IMG/VR virus record: IMGVR_UViG_3300043399_000848
Coordinates: 1 to 61,443 of that record
Reading direction: 5' to 3' (one strand)
DNA: 61,443 nt
Origin: a virus
Taxonomy: Duplodnaviria; Caudoviricetes
Each line of letters begins with the position of its first letter. Position 1 is the stretch's first letter. Under the pieces are notes generated by a model. It made no database searches, was not told where the DNA came from, and saw nothing but the letters and a program-made list of their open reading frames with translations. A program made the translations under genes and the position numbers. Below are positions 45,847 through 55,212 of the stretch, in pieces.

Positions 45847-46205
45847 AAGAACAACCCGAAGCCCTGTGGCTGGCCGATGCTCTTGAGGGCCGCGCCACGA
45901 GGGCGTGGACAAGAGAGCAAGTCGCAGCCAGACTGCGCCGGTTGCACGCCCTAGTCGCCGCATGCGAGCCGTACCTGAAGGAGGGCGAGACCCCCGCCGA
46001 ACGCATCGAGCGTGAGCGCCTAGACACGGAGGCTGTGTGTCGGCTGTACGCCAAGGAGCGGGAGAAGAATGTCAAGCTGCTGGAGGCGTTGCGCCCGTTC
46101 GCCTCGGCCACGCTCACGGATGGCGGCGCCATCGTCGGTCTGATGCGAGAAGATTTCGAGCGGGCCCGCGCCGCCATCGCCAAGGCGGAAGGAGAGAAGG
46201 AATGA
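45843..46205 (+). CDS. Hypothetical cassette protein (LLEAL...ARAAIAKAEG family)
   Basis: ATGA coupling; shares its C-terminus with the next gene. Confidence 0.65.
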   Translation: MKEQPEALWLADALEGRATRAWTREQVAARLRRLHALVAACEPYLKEGETPAERIERERLDTEAVCRLYAKEREKNVKLLEALRPFASATLTDGGAIVGLMREDFERARAAIAKAEGEKE

Positions 46206-46477
46206 GCAAGCACACACCGGGGCCGTGGAAACTAGAGCGTAAAAGCGTTCTTATTCCCGTTGCCCCCCACGAATGGGCAGAAGCATACGGAGGTTCAGAG
46301 GCCAACGCCCGCCTGATCGCGGCTGCGCCTGAACTGCTGGAGGCGTTGAAGAACTTGGAAAAAGAGTTCCGCAAGGTCTACCCGATTTACTACTACGCAG
46401 AGCCTTGGGGCCACGAAACCAATGTTCCGCTGCAAGCGGCACGCGCCGCCATCGCCAAGGCGGAGGGGCAAGCATGA
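46202..46477 (+). CDS. Hypothetical cassette protein (HTPGPW...ANARLIAAAPELLEAL family)
   Basis: Common phage motif; ATGA coupling. Confidence 0.7.
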   Translation: MSKHTPGPWKLERKSVLIPVAPHEWAEAYGGSEANARLIAAAPELLEALKNLEKEFRKVYPIYYYAEPWGHETNVPLQAARAAIAKAEGQA

Positions 46478-46728
46478 CCCCCGACGACATCACCCGCTTC
46501 GCGCGGGAGGCGGGCCTGCCGATGGCCTGGATAAGCAAAACGGGCTTGCTCAAGTGGTCGGAACTTGAGCGCTTCGCCGCCCTGGCCTACGAGGCCGGTG
46601 CCGCTGCGGAGCGTGAGGCGTGTGCGAAGGTGTGTGAACAGACTGACGAAGACGGAGAAGGTCCAGACTGCTGGGGCTGGCACGCAAAGGACTACGCGAA
46701 AGCGATCCGAGCAAGGAGCAAGGAATGA
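46474..46728 (+). CDS. Hypothetical cassette protein (DIIRxAREA...ERFAAL...EREACAKVC family), paralogue 1
   Basis: Motif sharing; ATGA coupling. Confidence 0.7.
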   Translation: MTPDDITRFAREAGLPMAWISKTGLLKWSELERFAALAYEAGAAAEREACAKVCEQTDEDGEGPDCWGWHAKDYAKAIRARSKE

Positions 46729-47009
46729 AAACCGAAGACATCATCCGCATGGCGCGGGAGGCGAACCTCGGCAACGTGCTGTGCCACAACAGCGTCGAGG
46801 GCGACCGCGTGTTCATCGAGGGCGCCGATTGGCACGACGAGGTAGAGCGCTTCGCTGCTCTCGTCGCCGCTGCGGAGAGTGAGCGTTGGAGCCGACTGCT
46901 GGAGGACCGAGCCGCCGCGTGCGAACGCGCTGCCGAGAACACCGGTGACCCGAAGTACGACTCTATCGCTCGCACGCTGATGAGCGTGCGTCAGGAGGGA
47001 CTGAAATGA
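46725..47009 (+). CDS. Same family, paralogue 2
   Basis: MKTEDIIRMAREA...ERFAALVAAAE. Confidence 0.7.
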   Translation: MKTEDIIRMAREANLGNVLCHNSVEGDRVFIEGADWHDEVERFAALVAAAESERWSRLLEDRAAACERAAENTGDPKYDSIARTLMSVRQEGLK

Positions 47010-47293
47010 CCCCCGAAGACATCATCCGCCTCGCGCGGGAGGCGCATCGCCGCGTTGTGACCGATGACTACCCGGGGCACACGGGTCAGCTTGACGCGTG
47101 GACGCTGGCGCTGCTTGAGCGCTTCGCCGCGCTCGTCGCCGCTGCGGAGCGCGAAGCGTGTGCGAAGGTGTGCGATGACATCAGCGAGGAATACTGCCAG
47201 CGCGAAGGGAAGCGCCTCCCAAGCCTGAGAACTGACGCAGAGAGTGGTGCTGGTGACTGCGCTGAAGCCATTCGCGCAAGGAGCAAAGAATGA
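47006..47293 (+). CDS. Same family, paralogue 3
   Basis: MTPEDIIRLAREA...ERFAALVAAAEREACAKVC...AIRARSKE. Confidence 0.7.
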   Translation: MTPEDIIRLAREAHRRVVTDDYPGHTGQLDAWTLALLERFAALVAAAEREACAKVCDDISEEYCQREGKRLPSLRTDAESGAGDCAEAIRARSKE

Positions 47294-47553
47294 CCGACAC
47301 ACGTACCGTCCCCGCCGCGCAGAAGACACACGACTACACGCGGCGCACATGGGGCCACGACTACGCCACGATGGCGGTGATTGACGGCGGTCGGCGGTTG
47401 CGCCTCAGCGGCTGGGGCCACGGCATCAAGGTTGGCGACTACCTGATTCTGCCGAACGGCAACGGGACGACACGCTACCGCGTGGACAGTATCGACTACC
47501 GCATGGACCCGCCGGACATGTGGTTTGCAGAGGCCACGTTCGCACCGCGATGA
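47290..47553 (+). CDS. Hypothetical protein
   Basis: AAGGAG RBS; ATGA coupling. Confidence 0.65.
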   Translation: MTDTRTVPAAQKTHDYTRRTWGHDYATMAVIDGGRRLRLSGWGHGIKVGDYLILPNGNGTTRYRVDSIDYRMDPPDMWFAEATFAPR

Positions 47554-47565
47554 AGGAGAAGAACC

Positions 47566-48030
47566 ATGAGTGACCTGAGAACCGTCCCCGTGGAGCTGCT
47601 GCAGCAGGCGCTGGAGGCGTTGGATAACTGCACCAGCGAACACGGTCACAGGTGTAATCGCTGCGACAGTGAAGTGGACGAAGGTGGTCGAGTCATCGCC
47701 GCCCTCCGCGTCGCGCTGGAGCAGCCCAGCCCCGTCTTTCAAGACCATTCGATCCCGCTCGGGCGCCGCACGCAGGAGCAGCCGATTCAGCCGGTGGCGT
47801 GGCTGACCGACAGACAAACGATGTACTTCGACAAGGAAGACGCGCGGCGCGATTGCGACGGGTTCATTCAACCTCTCGACACCCACCCACCCCGCCGCGA
47901 GTGGCAGGGGCTGACGGAGGAGGAGATTGATTCTTTCATGCCCTACTGCCACAACGAATTTGACTTGGCCGAATTCAAAGACTTCGCCCGCGCTATCGAG
48001 GCCGCGCTGAAGGAGAAGAACCATGAATGA
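47566..48030 (+). CDS. Hypothetical protein (QPVAW...WQGLTEEEI...FARAIEAALKEKN family)
   Basis: AAGGAG RBS; common phage motifs. Confidence 0.7.
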   Translation: MSDLRTVPVELLQQALEALDNCTSEHGHRCNRCDSEVDEGGRVIAALRVALEQPSPVFQDHSIPLGRRTQEQPIQPVAWLTDRQTMYFDKEDARRDCDGFIQPLDTHPPRREWQGLTEEEIDSFMPYCHNEFDLAEFKDFARAIEAALKEKNHE

Positions 48031-48370
48031 AAACCTCACCGTGAATTCAGACCGCGTACCTTTTGTCGCGGTTGCGAACGACGAAATCTGCCGGATCAAT
48101 GCGGACGGCACCGCAACCTACCAATGGGACCGCATCGAAACTGCGGCGCAGCGGTGGGAGCCGGGGTGCGAAAACATCGCGCTATGTCTGGCAAAGTTGC
48201 TGTTGCCGCTGCGCCCCCACGCCGAGCCCCCGCCCAAGCCGATCCACGGCACGAAAATCCACGCGGAATTCCAGGATCTCGACCGGCACACGTTGCCCGG
48301 TGAGATGACCATCGAAGACTGGTTCGAGGCCGGCGTGCGGTACGCGGAGCGACAGCATGCCCAACAGTGA
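48023..48370 (+). CDS. Hypothetical protein
   Basis: AAGGAG RBS. Confidence 0.6.
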   Translation: MNENLTVNSDRVPFVAVANDEICRINADGTATYQWDRIETAAQRWEPGCENIALCLAKLLLPLRPHAEPPPKPIHGTKIHAEFQDLDRHTLPGEMTIEDWFEAGVRYAERQHAQQ

Positions 48371-48695
48371 CTACACCCTACCCTCGTCCGACTGGGTCCC
48401 GTCCCGGTTCGAGTTCGAGCAGCAGCGACAGCGGGCCTGGCGCGAGCTGAGGACCGGCGGCGCGCAGCGGTGCGCGTCGGGGCGCGTCCTCCCGTGGCCA
48501 ATCCGCAACGGCCAGCGTCAGCGTCCGGTAGCGTCCGATGAAGAGCGGCAGCGTCCGAGGAGGGCCGCCTCGCTGATCCAGGTCGTGCGCCAGCGGGTCA
48601 ATTGGGACAGCCTGGCCGTGACAGCGATCGTCCTGTCGGCGATCATCTGGCTATGGGTAGTCGGCTCGCTCCTGTATCGATTCGCCAGCTTGTGA
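48357..48695 (+). CDS. Hypothetical protein with C-terminal TM
   Basis: GGAG RBS; hydrophobic C-terminus. Confidence 0.55.
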   Translation: MPNSDYTLPSSDWVPSRFEFEQQRQRAWRELRTGGAQRCASGRVLPWPIRNGQRQRPVASDEERQRPRRAASLIQVVRQRVNWDSLAVTAIVLSAIIWLWVVGSLLYRFASL

Positions 48696-48719
48696 CAGCT
48701 GGGCTGTCGCCCCCATAAT
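48690..48719 (+). promoter_or_regulatory. Candidate primase promoter containing the operator palindrome
   Basis: TTGTGA-18 nt-CATAAT with GACAG-CTGGG-CTGTC at 48694-48708. Confidence 0.5.
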
Positions 48720-48792
48720 CCCCACCCCCGCCGCAAGGGCCGCAGGAAATGAGGCCGCTGCGGCGGTTGCGTTTCAACACCGAAAGGTGAGC

Positions 48793-51273
48793 ATGACCAT
48801 CGAGTACACAACTCCACCGAAACCGGACACGATCAACCTTCGGATCGACAGCATCCCGAAGGACCTCCAGAACAAGAACAGGTGGATCCTCTGGCGGTAC
48901 GAGCTGAGGACCACGTCGAAGGGCGCGCAGAAGTGGGCCAAGGTGCCCAAGAACATCCGAGGCGGGCCGGCGTCCAGCACTGACCCGGCCACGTGGTCGT
49001 CTTTCGACGACGCTGTCGACGCATACATCGACTCGGGCGACCGTTTCGAAGGTGTCGGTTTCGTCCTCGACGCCAGCGACGGTGTCGTCGGTGTCGACCT
49101 CGACGACCACCGAGACCCGGCCACGGGCGAGCTCGACCAGCTGGCCAAGTCGGCGGTCGAGAGCATGCACGGCTACTGGGAGGTGTCCCCCAGCGGGACG
49201 GGCGTCAAGGGCCTCGTCTTCGCTCCGTCATCGGTGGACAGCCAGGCTGACCACAAGTCGGGGATCGAGATCTACACCAGCGGGCGGTACTTCGCGATCA
49301 CGGGACACGCGCTGCGGTCGGACATCGGCCCCGACCAGGGCCAGCAGCTGAAGGAATTCCTGTCCCAGCACGTGGGCCAGGTCAAGGAGGCGTCGACACG
49401 ATCGTCGAGGGTCGGGCCGTCAGCGGCCGACATGGACCCCGACGCGCTCGACTTCTTCGAGCAGGCCGAGCACCCGGTCGTCCGTGGGTGGGACCTGCAG
49501 CGGGTCGTGGACGAGGTCCTGCCCCACCTCGACGGGTCCGCATACCAGGACTGGATACGCGTCGGGCAGGTCCTCCACCATCAGTGCAACGGGTCCCAGG
49601 AGGCTCTCCAAGAGTGGGACATGTGGAGCCGTGAGTTCGCCGGTTTCCAGGAGGGAGCATGCTCTGACAAGTGGGACACGTTCGGCCTCAGCGGCCGCGT
49701 GACCACGCTCGCGGGGCTCCTGTCGGAGACACGCGACCAGCGGGAGAAGGTCGAGCAGGAGAAGAGGGATCAGAAGCGACAAGAGCGTAGCGAGCATGTC
49801 AAGACCCTCGTCGAGAGGGTCCTCGGATGCGGGGACGTGGAGTCGCTCAAGGATGTCGTGGCCGTCGTCAGGGAAGACACGACGATCGACGACACCGACC
49901 GCAACGGGTCGCTGACGGTCGCCGTCCAGCAGCGGTTCAAGGATCTCGGGTCGCCGCAGAAGCGGGATGACGTGCGCAAGATGCTGAAGCCGACCGGTGG
50001 CTGGTCGGCGGACTCGGGCAGCCCGTCCGGGCCCGAGTGGCTGTCGAGGTGGGTCTATGTCAAGTCCGAGGGCGTGTTCTTCAGCCTCGACCGCAAGGCC
50101 GCGCTCGACAGCAGGGCATTCGACGCCGAGCATACGGACAAGATGCCCCTGCGTAACGGCACGATCAGTCTTCGCGAGAGGGCCAGCGAGTACGCGGTTC
50201 ACGCGTGGGCCATCAGGACGGTAGACAGGACCATCTACGCGCCGCCCGAGGGCGAGATCTTCGAGCAGGACAAGGCCACGTACGTGAACCTGTACGACCC
50301 CGACAGCGCCCCCGCCTGCGAGCCAGGGGGCGAGGCCGCGGTGCGTATGGTCATGTCCCACCTTGAGCGGATGCTGCCGGACCAGCGAGAGCGTGAGCTT
50401 TTCCTGTCGTGGATGGCCCACGTCGTTCGCCACCCGGGGAAGAAGGTCAGGTGGGCGCCATACATCTACGGTGTCGAGGGGGCCGGCAAGAGCTTCCTGG
50501 CGGACCTCCTGGAGTGGGTCATGGGAGCGCCCAACATCCGACGGGTGGCCGGGCGTGACCTGGTGAGCGACTTCACAGGCTGGGCCGCGGGGAGAGCACT
50601 CACTGTGGTCGAGGAGGCCCACCAGACGGGCCACCGGTACGACGTCGGTGAGGTGCTCAAGGCACCCGTGACGAATGACCGAATCAGCGTCCACAAGAAA
50701 GGCGTCGACCCGTACGAGATCGTCAACTACGTCAGCTACCTGGTCCTGTCGAACCACGCCGACGGGATCCCGATCACCGAGACCGACAGGCGGTACTTCT
50801 TTCTTCAGTCTGCGATCGGGACGGAGGCCGCCCGGGCACTCAGCGAAGAGGGGTTCTACAACAACCTGTTCGCGGTCTGCAAGGCCAGCCGGGGCCAGCT
50901 TCGCCGTTGGCTGATCGAGGACGTCAAGATGCACCCGGAGTTCGACCCGAACGGCCGGGCGCCCGTCACGGAGGCCAGGGCGAGGGTCATCGAGCTGACC
51001 AAGACAGATGCCCAGGCGGCCGTCGAAGAGCTCTTGGCCGGGCGAAAAGCTGTCACTTCAAGCCACGTCCACGCGCACCTGGAGTCCCTCGGGACGGACA
51101 TCAGGACCTCCCGTCTGGGCAATCTGATCGGCTCTGCCGGGTTCGTCTTCTTCAAAAAGATGAGGATCGGAGAGGGGACGAGCAGGGTGTGGGTGAGGCC
51201 GGGAGAAATCCGCGGAGGGGACGAATCCGAAGTTCGGAACGCTCTTTCCTGGTGTCTCTCGGACGACTTCTGA
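48793..51273 (+). CDS. Primase-polymerase/helicase (NrS-1-like prim-pol, PriCT-2, SF3-like helicase)
   Basis: GVDLDD, EVSPSGTG, IEIYTSGRY; YQDWIRVG...WDMWS; YGVEGAGKS, VVEE, SNH, DRRY. Confidence 0.88.
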   Translation: MTIEYTTPPKPDTINLRIDSIPKDLQNKNRWILWRYELRTTSKGAQKWAKVPKNIRGGPASSTDPATWSSFDDAVDAYIDSGDRFEGVGFVLDASDGVVGVDLDDHRDPATGELDQLAKSAVESMHGYWEVSPSGTGVKGLVFAPSSVDSQADHKSGIEIYTSGRYFAITGHALRSDIGPDQGQQLKEFLSQHVGQVKEASTRSSRVGPSAADMDPDALDFFEQAEHPVVRGWDLQRVVDEVLPHLDGSAYQDWIRVGQVLHHQCNGSQEALQEWDMWSREFAGFQEGACSDKWDTFGLSGRVTTLAGLLSETRDQREKVEQEKRDQKRQERSEHVKTLVERVLGCGDVESLKDVVAVVREDTTIDDTDRNGSLTVAVQQRFKDLGSPQKRDDVRKMLKPTGGWSADSGSPSGPEWLSRWVYVKSEGVFFSLDRKAALDSRAFDAEHTDKMPLRNGTISLRERASEYAVHAWAIRTVDRTIYAPPEGEIFEQDKATYVNLYDPDSAPACEPGGEAAVRMVMSHLERMLPDQRERELFLSWMAHVVRHPGKKVRWAPYIYGVEGAGKSFLADLLEWVMGAPNIRRVAGRDLVSDFTGWAAGRALTVVEEAHQTGHRYDVGEVLKAPVTNDRISVHKKGVDPYEIVNYVSYLVLSNHADGIPITETDRRYFFLQSAIGTEAARALSEEGFYNNLFAVCKASRGQLRRWLIEDVKMHPEFDPNGRAPVTEARARVIELTKTDAQAAVEELLAGRKAVTSSHVHAHLESLGTDIRTSRLGNLIGSAGFVFFKKMRIGEGTSRVWVRPGEIRGGDESEVRNALSWCLSDDF

Positions 51274-51299
51274 GCCGGGCCGGGCCACGTCGGGGGTCT

Positions 51300-51516
51300 G
51301 TTCCGAAGAAGTTCGGAACAGATCAAACTTCGGAACACTGTAAGTCGTTGATTTTAAAGGAATGTTCCGAATGTTCCGAATGTTCCGAAGTTTTAGTGTC
51401 CGCACATGAGCTCCGCTCTGTTTTTTTCTGCGGGTGTCGTCATGCGGCGCAGAAAAAAATACGCATATAAGGCGGTCCAGCAACTTCGGAACTTCGGAAC
51501 ATTCGGAACAGGAACA
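51300..51516. repeat. Iteron-like direct and inverted TTCCGAA/TTCGGAA repeats (probable replication origin)
   Basis: AATGTTCCG x3 (51361-51387), inverted array 51482-51510, central T7CTGCG/CGCAGA7 hairpin, AT-rich patch. Confidence 0.7.
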
Positions 51517-51552
51517 AGACGTGACATGTAACCAATCGAGAAAGGTCCGCAC

Positions 51553-51873
51553 TTGAGGGAGTCCAAAGTCGAGTCGAGGCTGGTCCGGGATGTCTCCCGA
51601 TCGGGCGGTATCGCGGCCAAGCACGTCAGCCCCGGCCGAGCGGGAGACCCTGACCGCCTTGTGGTCATTCCGAGGAGGAGCCCGTGCCCCGTCTGCGGGT
51701 CGGCGTCGGTCGTCGGGCTGGTCGAGGTGAAGGCCCCCGGGCAGAGACCGAGGCCACTTCAGTCCCACCGGATTCGAGAATGGGAATCGGTTGGGATGCG
51801 GGTGGCTGTGGTCTCAGACTTTGAGCAGGTCGGACAGATTGTCAGACAATGGTCCGAGGAGGCTGCCCGATGA
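51553..51873 (+). CDS. VRR-NUC domain nuclease
   Basis: ESKVE, GDPDRLVV, VEVKAPG...PRPLQ. Confidence 0.85.
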   Translation: MRESKVESRLVRDVSRSGGIAAKHVSPGRAGDPDRLVVIPRRSPCPVCGSASVVGLVEVKAPGQRPRPLQSHRIREWESVGMRVAVVSDFEQVGQIVRQWSEEAAR

Positions 51874-53288
51874 CTGCGAGGGTGTGGACCCCACGCGAAG
51901 GCCAGGCAAAGGTCCTTGAGCGGATCAGGGGCGTCAGGAAGAAGGTCCTGACCCTGCCCACGGGAGAGGGCAAGACCGTCCTCGCGGCGACGTGGCTGGC
52001 AGAAGGCGTGCAGGACCTGACGGTGGGCCGGTGCCTGATCGTCGCGCCGAGGCTCGTGGCCACGAGCAGCTGGTCGGGACCGATATCGGTGTGGAACACG
52101 TGGGCCCACCTGGAATGGATGGCACCGGGCGTCAGGAGTATCCCTTTCGAGATGCTTGGCCTGAAACGCGGGACCGAAGGTCTCGAGTTTAGGGATAAGA
52201 GGCGGGCGAGGGGGGATATAGAGGGCCTCGGGGGATACATACACGTCTGCTCGTGGGAGGCTTTCCCGTGGGTCGTGAAGGCATTCGGCGGGAGCTGGCC
52301 GTACGACACACTGGTATTGGACGAGTCGTCTTTCATCAAGGACCACAAGAGCGAAAGGTCGAAAGCGGCGAGGCACGTGGTCAAGCGTTTGGGCAAGGTG
52401 GAGAATCTTCTGCTATTGACCGCGACACCGGCCTCTAATCATGAGGAGGCGATATATGCCCAGGTGGATCTGGTCGAGCCGGGAATACTCGGGAAGAGCC
52501 TGACCGAGTTCAGGAAGACCTGGTGCGAGGCGAAGGCCAAGGACTGGAGGAGCGGGCAGGTCTACAGCTGGCGGGTCAGGCCCGACCTCGCAGACGAGTT
52601 CGCAAAAGTCTGCGCGAGGGTCTGCGTGAGCCTCCCGAAGAGCCTGCGGGTGCCCCTGGTGGAGGTGCCGAGGTGGATCCAGCCCTCAGGACGCGCCAGG
52701 GAGGCCCTGGAGGCCCTGGAAAGGCATTCTTGCTGGGGTGACGTGGTCTGCCCGAATGCGGCCGTCGTGCATGCCCGCAAGAGGCAAGTCTGCACCGGCT
52801 TCGTCTACCGTGGCCAGGACGTCGATTCGGAGGCAGACCCGGTCGACGTGGACGAGGTCAAGATGGGAGAGCTTGAAGAGCTTCTGGAATCCATAGATAC
52901 CCCGGCCGTGATCGTGTATCAGTGGATTGAGGAGCTGAGGAGGCTGAAAGCCAAGCTGGGTAAGAGAATGGTCGAGATCAACCAGAAGGGTGCGATCGAG
53001 AGGTTTATATCGGGCGGGGTTAAGTATCTCGTTTTGAACCCTAAATCCGCCGGTCACGGGGTGGATGGTTTGCAGTTAGTCTCGAACGATATTGTCTGGG
53101 TCAGCGTCCCGGAAGACAGGGAATTGTATGACCAGACGAACGGGAGACTGCATCGCACCGGAACGAGGGCCAGCACGGTATATGTGCACGTGCTGATTGC
53201 GGCCGGCACCGTCGAGCAGGATATATGGGAGAGGGTATTACCGGCGAAGAAAGAAATGCAGGACAGGATTATCTCGGCAGCCCCATGA
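51870..53288 (+). CDS. SNF2-family helicase
   Basis: PTGEGKT, LDESS, LTATP, SAGHGVDGLQ, QTNGRLHRTG. Confidence 0.9.
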   Translation: MTARVWTPREGQAKVLERIRGVRKKVLTLPTGEGKTVLAATWLAEGVQDLTVGRCLIVAPRLVATSSWSGPISVWNTWAHLEWMAPGVRSIPFEMLGLKRGTEGLEFRDKRRARGDIEGLGGYIHVCSWEAFPWVVKAFGGSWPYDTLVLDESSFIKDHKSERSKAARHVVKRLGKVENLLLLTATPASNHEEAIYAQVDLVEPGILGKSLTEFRKTWCEAKAKDWRSGQVYSWRVRPDLADEFAKVCARVCVSLPKSLRVPLVEVPRWIQPSGRAREALEALERHSCWGDVVCPNAAVVHARKRQVCTGFVYRGQDVDSEADPVDVDEVKMGELEELLESIDTPAVIVYQWIEELRRLKAKLGKRMVEINQKGAIERFISGGVKYLVLNPKSAGHGVDGLQLVSNDIVWVSVPEDRELYDQTNGRLHRTGTRASTVYVHVLIAAGTVEQDIWERVLPAKKEMQDRIISAAP

Positions 53289-53830
53289 AACGGTGCCTGT
53301 CTTGCGGCCTGGAGAAGGCCCGACACGAGTTCCACGCCAGCACGTCCGCCAGTGACGGGCTCCAGTCATGGTGCAGGCAGTGCAAGTCCGAAGCCGCGGC
53401 TCGATACCGAGAGCAGGACCCGCAGAGGCACGCCGAGAGGGTCAGGGCCTGGAGGCAGAGAAACCCTGACGCGAACAGGGAAAGCGTCAAGAGGTGGGCC
53501 CAGGGCAACAGGGAGAAGGTGGCCGCGAACAATGCCGCCCAGCGGCGGATACGAAGGGCGGCGCAGGCAGGCTGGAGGTCCTCGGAACTTGTGGCCCGAG
53601 TGTACCGACTTGCGCGTGCTCTTCGGTCCTGGGGGCTGCGGGTTGTCGTGGACCATTGGCTGCCCCTCAAGGGCAAGGACGTGTGCGGGCTGCACGTGCA
53701 GGACAACCTCGTGCTGATCGACGCCAGCTGCAACGGCCGAAAGAAGAACCACCGGCCGCCGGACACGCAGCCGCCTGCGATCGCAGTCCCACGGTCATTC
53801 CGGATGAGCATGTTCGGCTGCGGCCGCTGA
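53285..53830 (+). CDS. Free-standing HNH endonuclease with N-terminal zinc finger
   Basis: CxxC...CxxC, VDHWLPLKG, CGLHVQDNL, N..KKN. Confidence 0.85.
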   Translation: MKRCLSCGLEKARHEFHASTSASDGLQSWCRQCKSEAAARYREQDPQRHAERVRAWRQRNPDANRESVKRWAQGNREKVAANNAAQRRIRRAAQAGWRSSELVARVYRLARALRSWGLRVVVDHWLPLKGKDVCGLHVQDNLVLIDASCNGRKKNHRPPDTQPPAIAVPRSFRMSMFGCGR

Positions 53831-53836
53831 CCGGGC

Positions 53837-53859
53837 AAAAGAAAAGCCCCCGTAGGGGC
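53837..53859 (-). terminator. Rho-independent terminator for the leftward 53.9-56.1 kb genes
   Basis: Minus strand GCCCC-TACG-GGGGC-TTTTCTTTT. Confidence 0.7.
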
Positions 53860-53882
53860 CCGCGGCAGACCGGGCGGCTGGT

Positions 53883-54206
53883 CTAGACAGGTCGGCCGGA
53901 GGCGATGTCGGAAATGTCCTTGTTGATCGACTGCATGAGCGCGAGCAGGTCGAGCTTCGGCACTTGGCAGATGCGGACCAGGATCACGTGACCCACTTGA
54001 GTCATGTAATCGCCGATCTTGCGCCCCCACTCGTCCTCGATGTCGTCGGCCGCCAGAGAGGCGCTGATGCCCGTCGAGCAGAGGGACACCATCAAGCCAA
54101 CCAGCTGCTTGGTCTGCTCGGCGTCGAGCTGCAGGCCCCCGTTGCGGGCCACGTAGGCGTCCAGGACCTCTTTGGCCCGGGGGAGGTCGTGATCGGTTAC
54201 TCGCAT
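53883..54206 (-). CDS. Hypothetical protein
   Basis: GGAG RBS before ATG 54206. Confidence 0.6.
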   Translation of the reverse strand: MRVTDHDLPRAKEVLDAYVARNGGLQLDAEQTKQLVGLMVSLCSTGISASLAADDIEDEWGRKIGDYMTQVGHVILVRICQVPKLDLLALMQSINKDISDIASGRPV

Positions 54207-54207
54207 G

Positions 54208-54519
54208 TCAGTTGCTCCAATGGACGATGATGGCGCGCGTGGCGCCGTCGGGGGTTTCGTAGGTGTCGAAATGCGTCGTCCGGGTGTCGCGGCGGGTGGC
54301 CCAGTCACTGGCGTACTCATACCGGCCGGCGAACTTGGGGGTGGTCAGCCATTCGCCCGTGGCGCGGTCCGCCGCTACTGCGTACACAGGCAACATCCCG
54401 AGAGCGTCAGTCAGCGCAGCACGTGCGGATGCGAGCGCCTGCTGATGCTCGGGGTCCGGGTCGTCGGGGATCTGGTCGAGGGCCCACTGCAGGGCGTTGA
54501 TGAGGGCTTGCATGGTCAC
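54208..54519 (-). CDS. Hypothetical protein
   Basis: Tight packing with neighbours. Confidence 0.55.
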   Translation of the reverse strand: MTMQALINALQWALDQIPDDPDPEHQQALASARAALTDALGMLPVYAVAADRATGEWLTTPKFAGRYEYASDWATRRDTRTTHFDTYETPDGATRAIIVHWSN

Positions 54520-54755
54520 GCCCCCACCGGGCCGAGCAGCTGGTGCGACTCGGTCGCGTACCCTTCCGGGTCAGCCGCGACCAGCCGGCGAAGGATGGCC
54601 AACCGCTCTTCGGCGCGGGCCATTGAGGCGTGCGTGCTGTAGTCGTAGATCCGCCCCTGGCGGGCACGGGCGATGACGTACGAGCCCGTCTCGCGGGCGG
54701 AGCGGATGCCAGAGAGCAGCTGCTCCCGGGTTGCGATTTGTGCGGACGTGGGCAT
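54516..54755 (-). CDS. Hypothetical protein
   Basis: GGAG RBS before ATG 54755. Confidence 0.55.
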   Translation of the reverse strand: MPTSAQIATREQLLSGIRSARETGSYVIARARQGRIYDYSTHASMARAEERLAILRRLVAADPEGYATESHQLLGPVGA

Positions 54756-54867
54756 TAGATGACTCCGGTGATCATGAGAAGAACTGCGGCAGCTGCAACG
54801 GCGAGCAGCCACATGTCGGGGTCCCGGGCCAGCTCGGCCCAGGCGCGGGGGCGGCGGTCGTAGTCCA

Positions 54868-55107
54868 TCACAGGGCCGCCTGAGGCAGGGTGTCGAGCTC
54901 GGCGACGGACAGGGCGGGCTCGGTCGGGCCCGGGGCGGGGGTCGGGTAAACCATCACGCCACGGGGGAAGGGCCAGCGGCCGCTGCGCTGCAGCGCGTTG
55001 ATTGCCATCAGGCGCGACTGCTCGTGCCGGTAGGCCTGGAGCGGGTCGAGGTTGAGCGTGGACTGCACGCGTTCGACGCGAGCGGGGTCGGGTACGGGGA
55101 GGAACAT
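54868..55107 (-). CDS. Hypothetical protein
   Basis: AGGAG RBS; downstream of a candidate promoter. Confidence 0.6.
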   Translation of the reverse strand: MFLPVPDPARVERVQSTLNLDPLQAYRHEQSRLMAINALQRSGRWPFPRGVMVYPTPAPGPTEPALSVAELDTLPQAAL

Positions 55108-55140
55108 GACTGATCTCCTGAGTGGCGTTGCGATGACTGG

Positions 55141-55169
55141 ATTATCGGCAGGACAGCCGGACTGGCCAG
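55141..55169 (-). promoter_or_regulatory. Leftward promoter copy 1
   Basis: CTGGCC-17 nt-GATAAT; near-duplicate of 56102-56130. Confidence 0.55.
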
Positions 55170-55212
55170 TTGATTGTTTGAATCACACTGGCCAGCCGAT
55201 AGGCGCGTGCTA

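Noticed and set aside
53285-53830. Free-standing HNH as the intein's homing partner
   Set aside because: Different HNH subtype, 4 kb away and coupled to the helicase; the intein carries its own HNH
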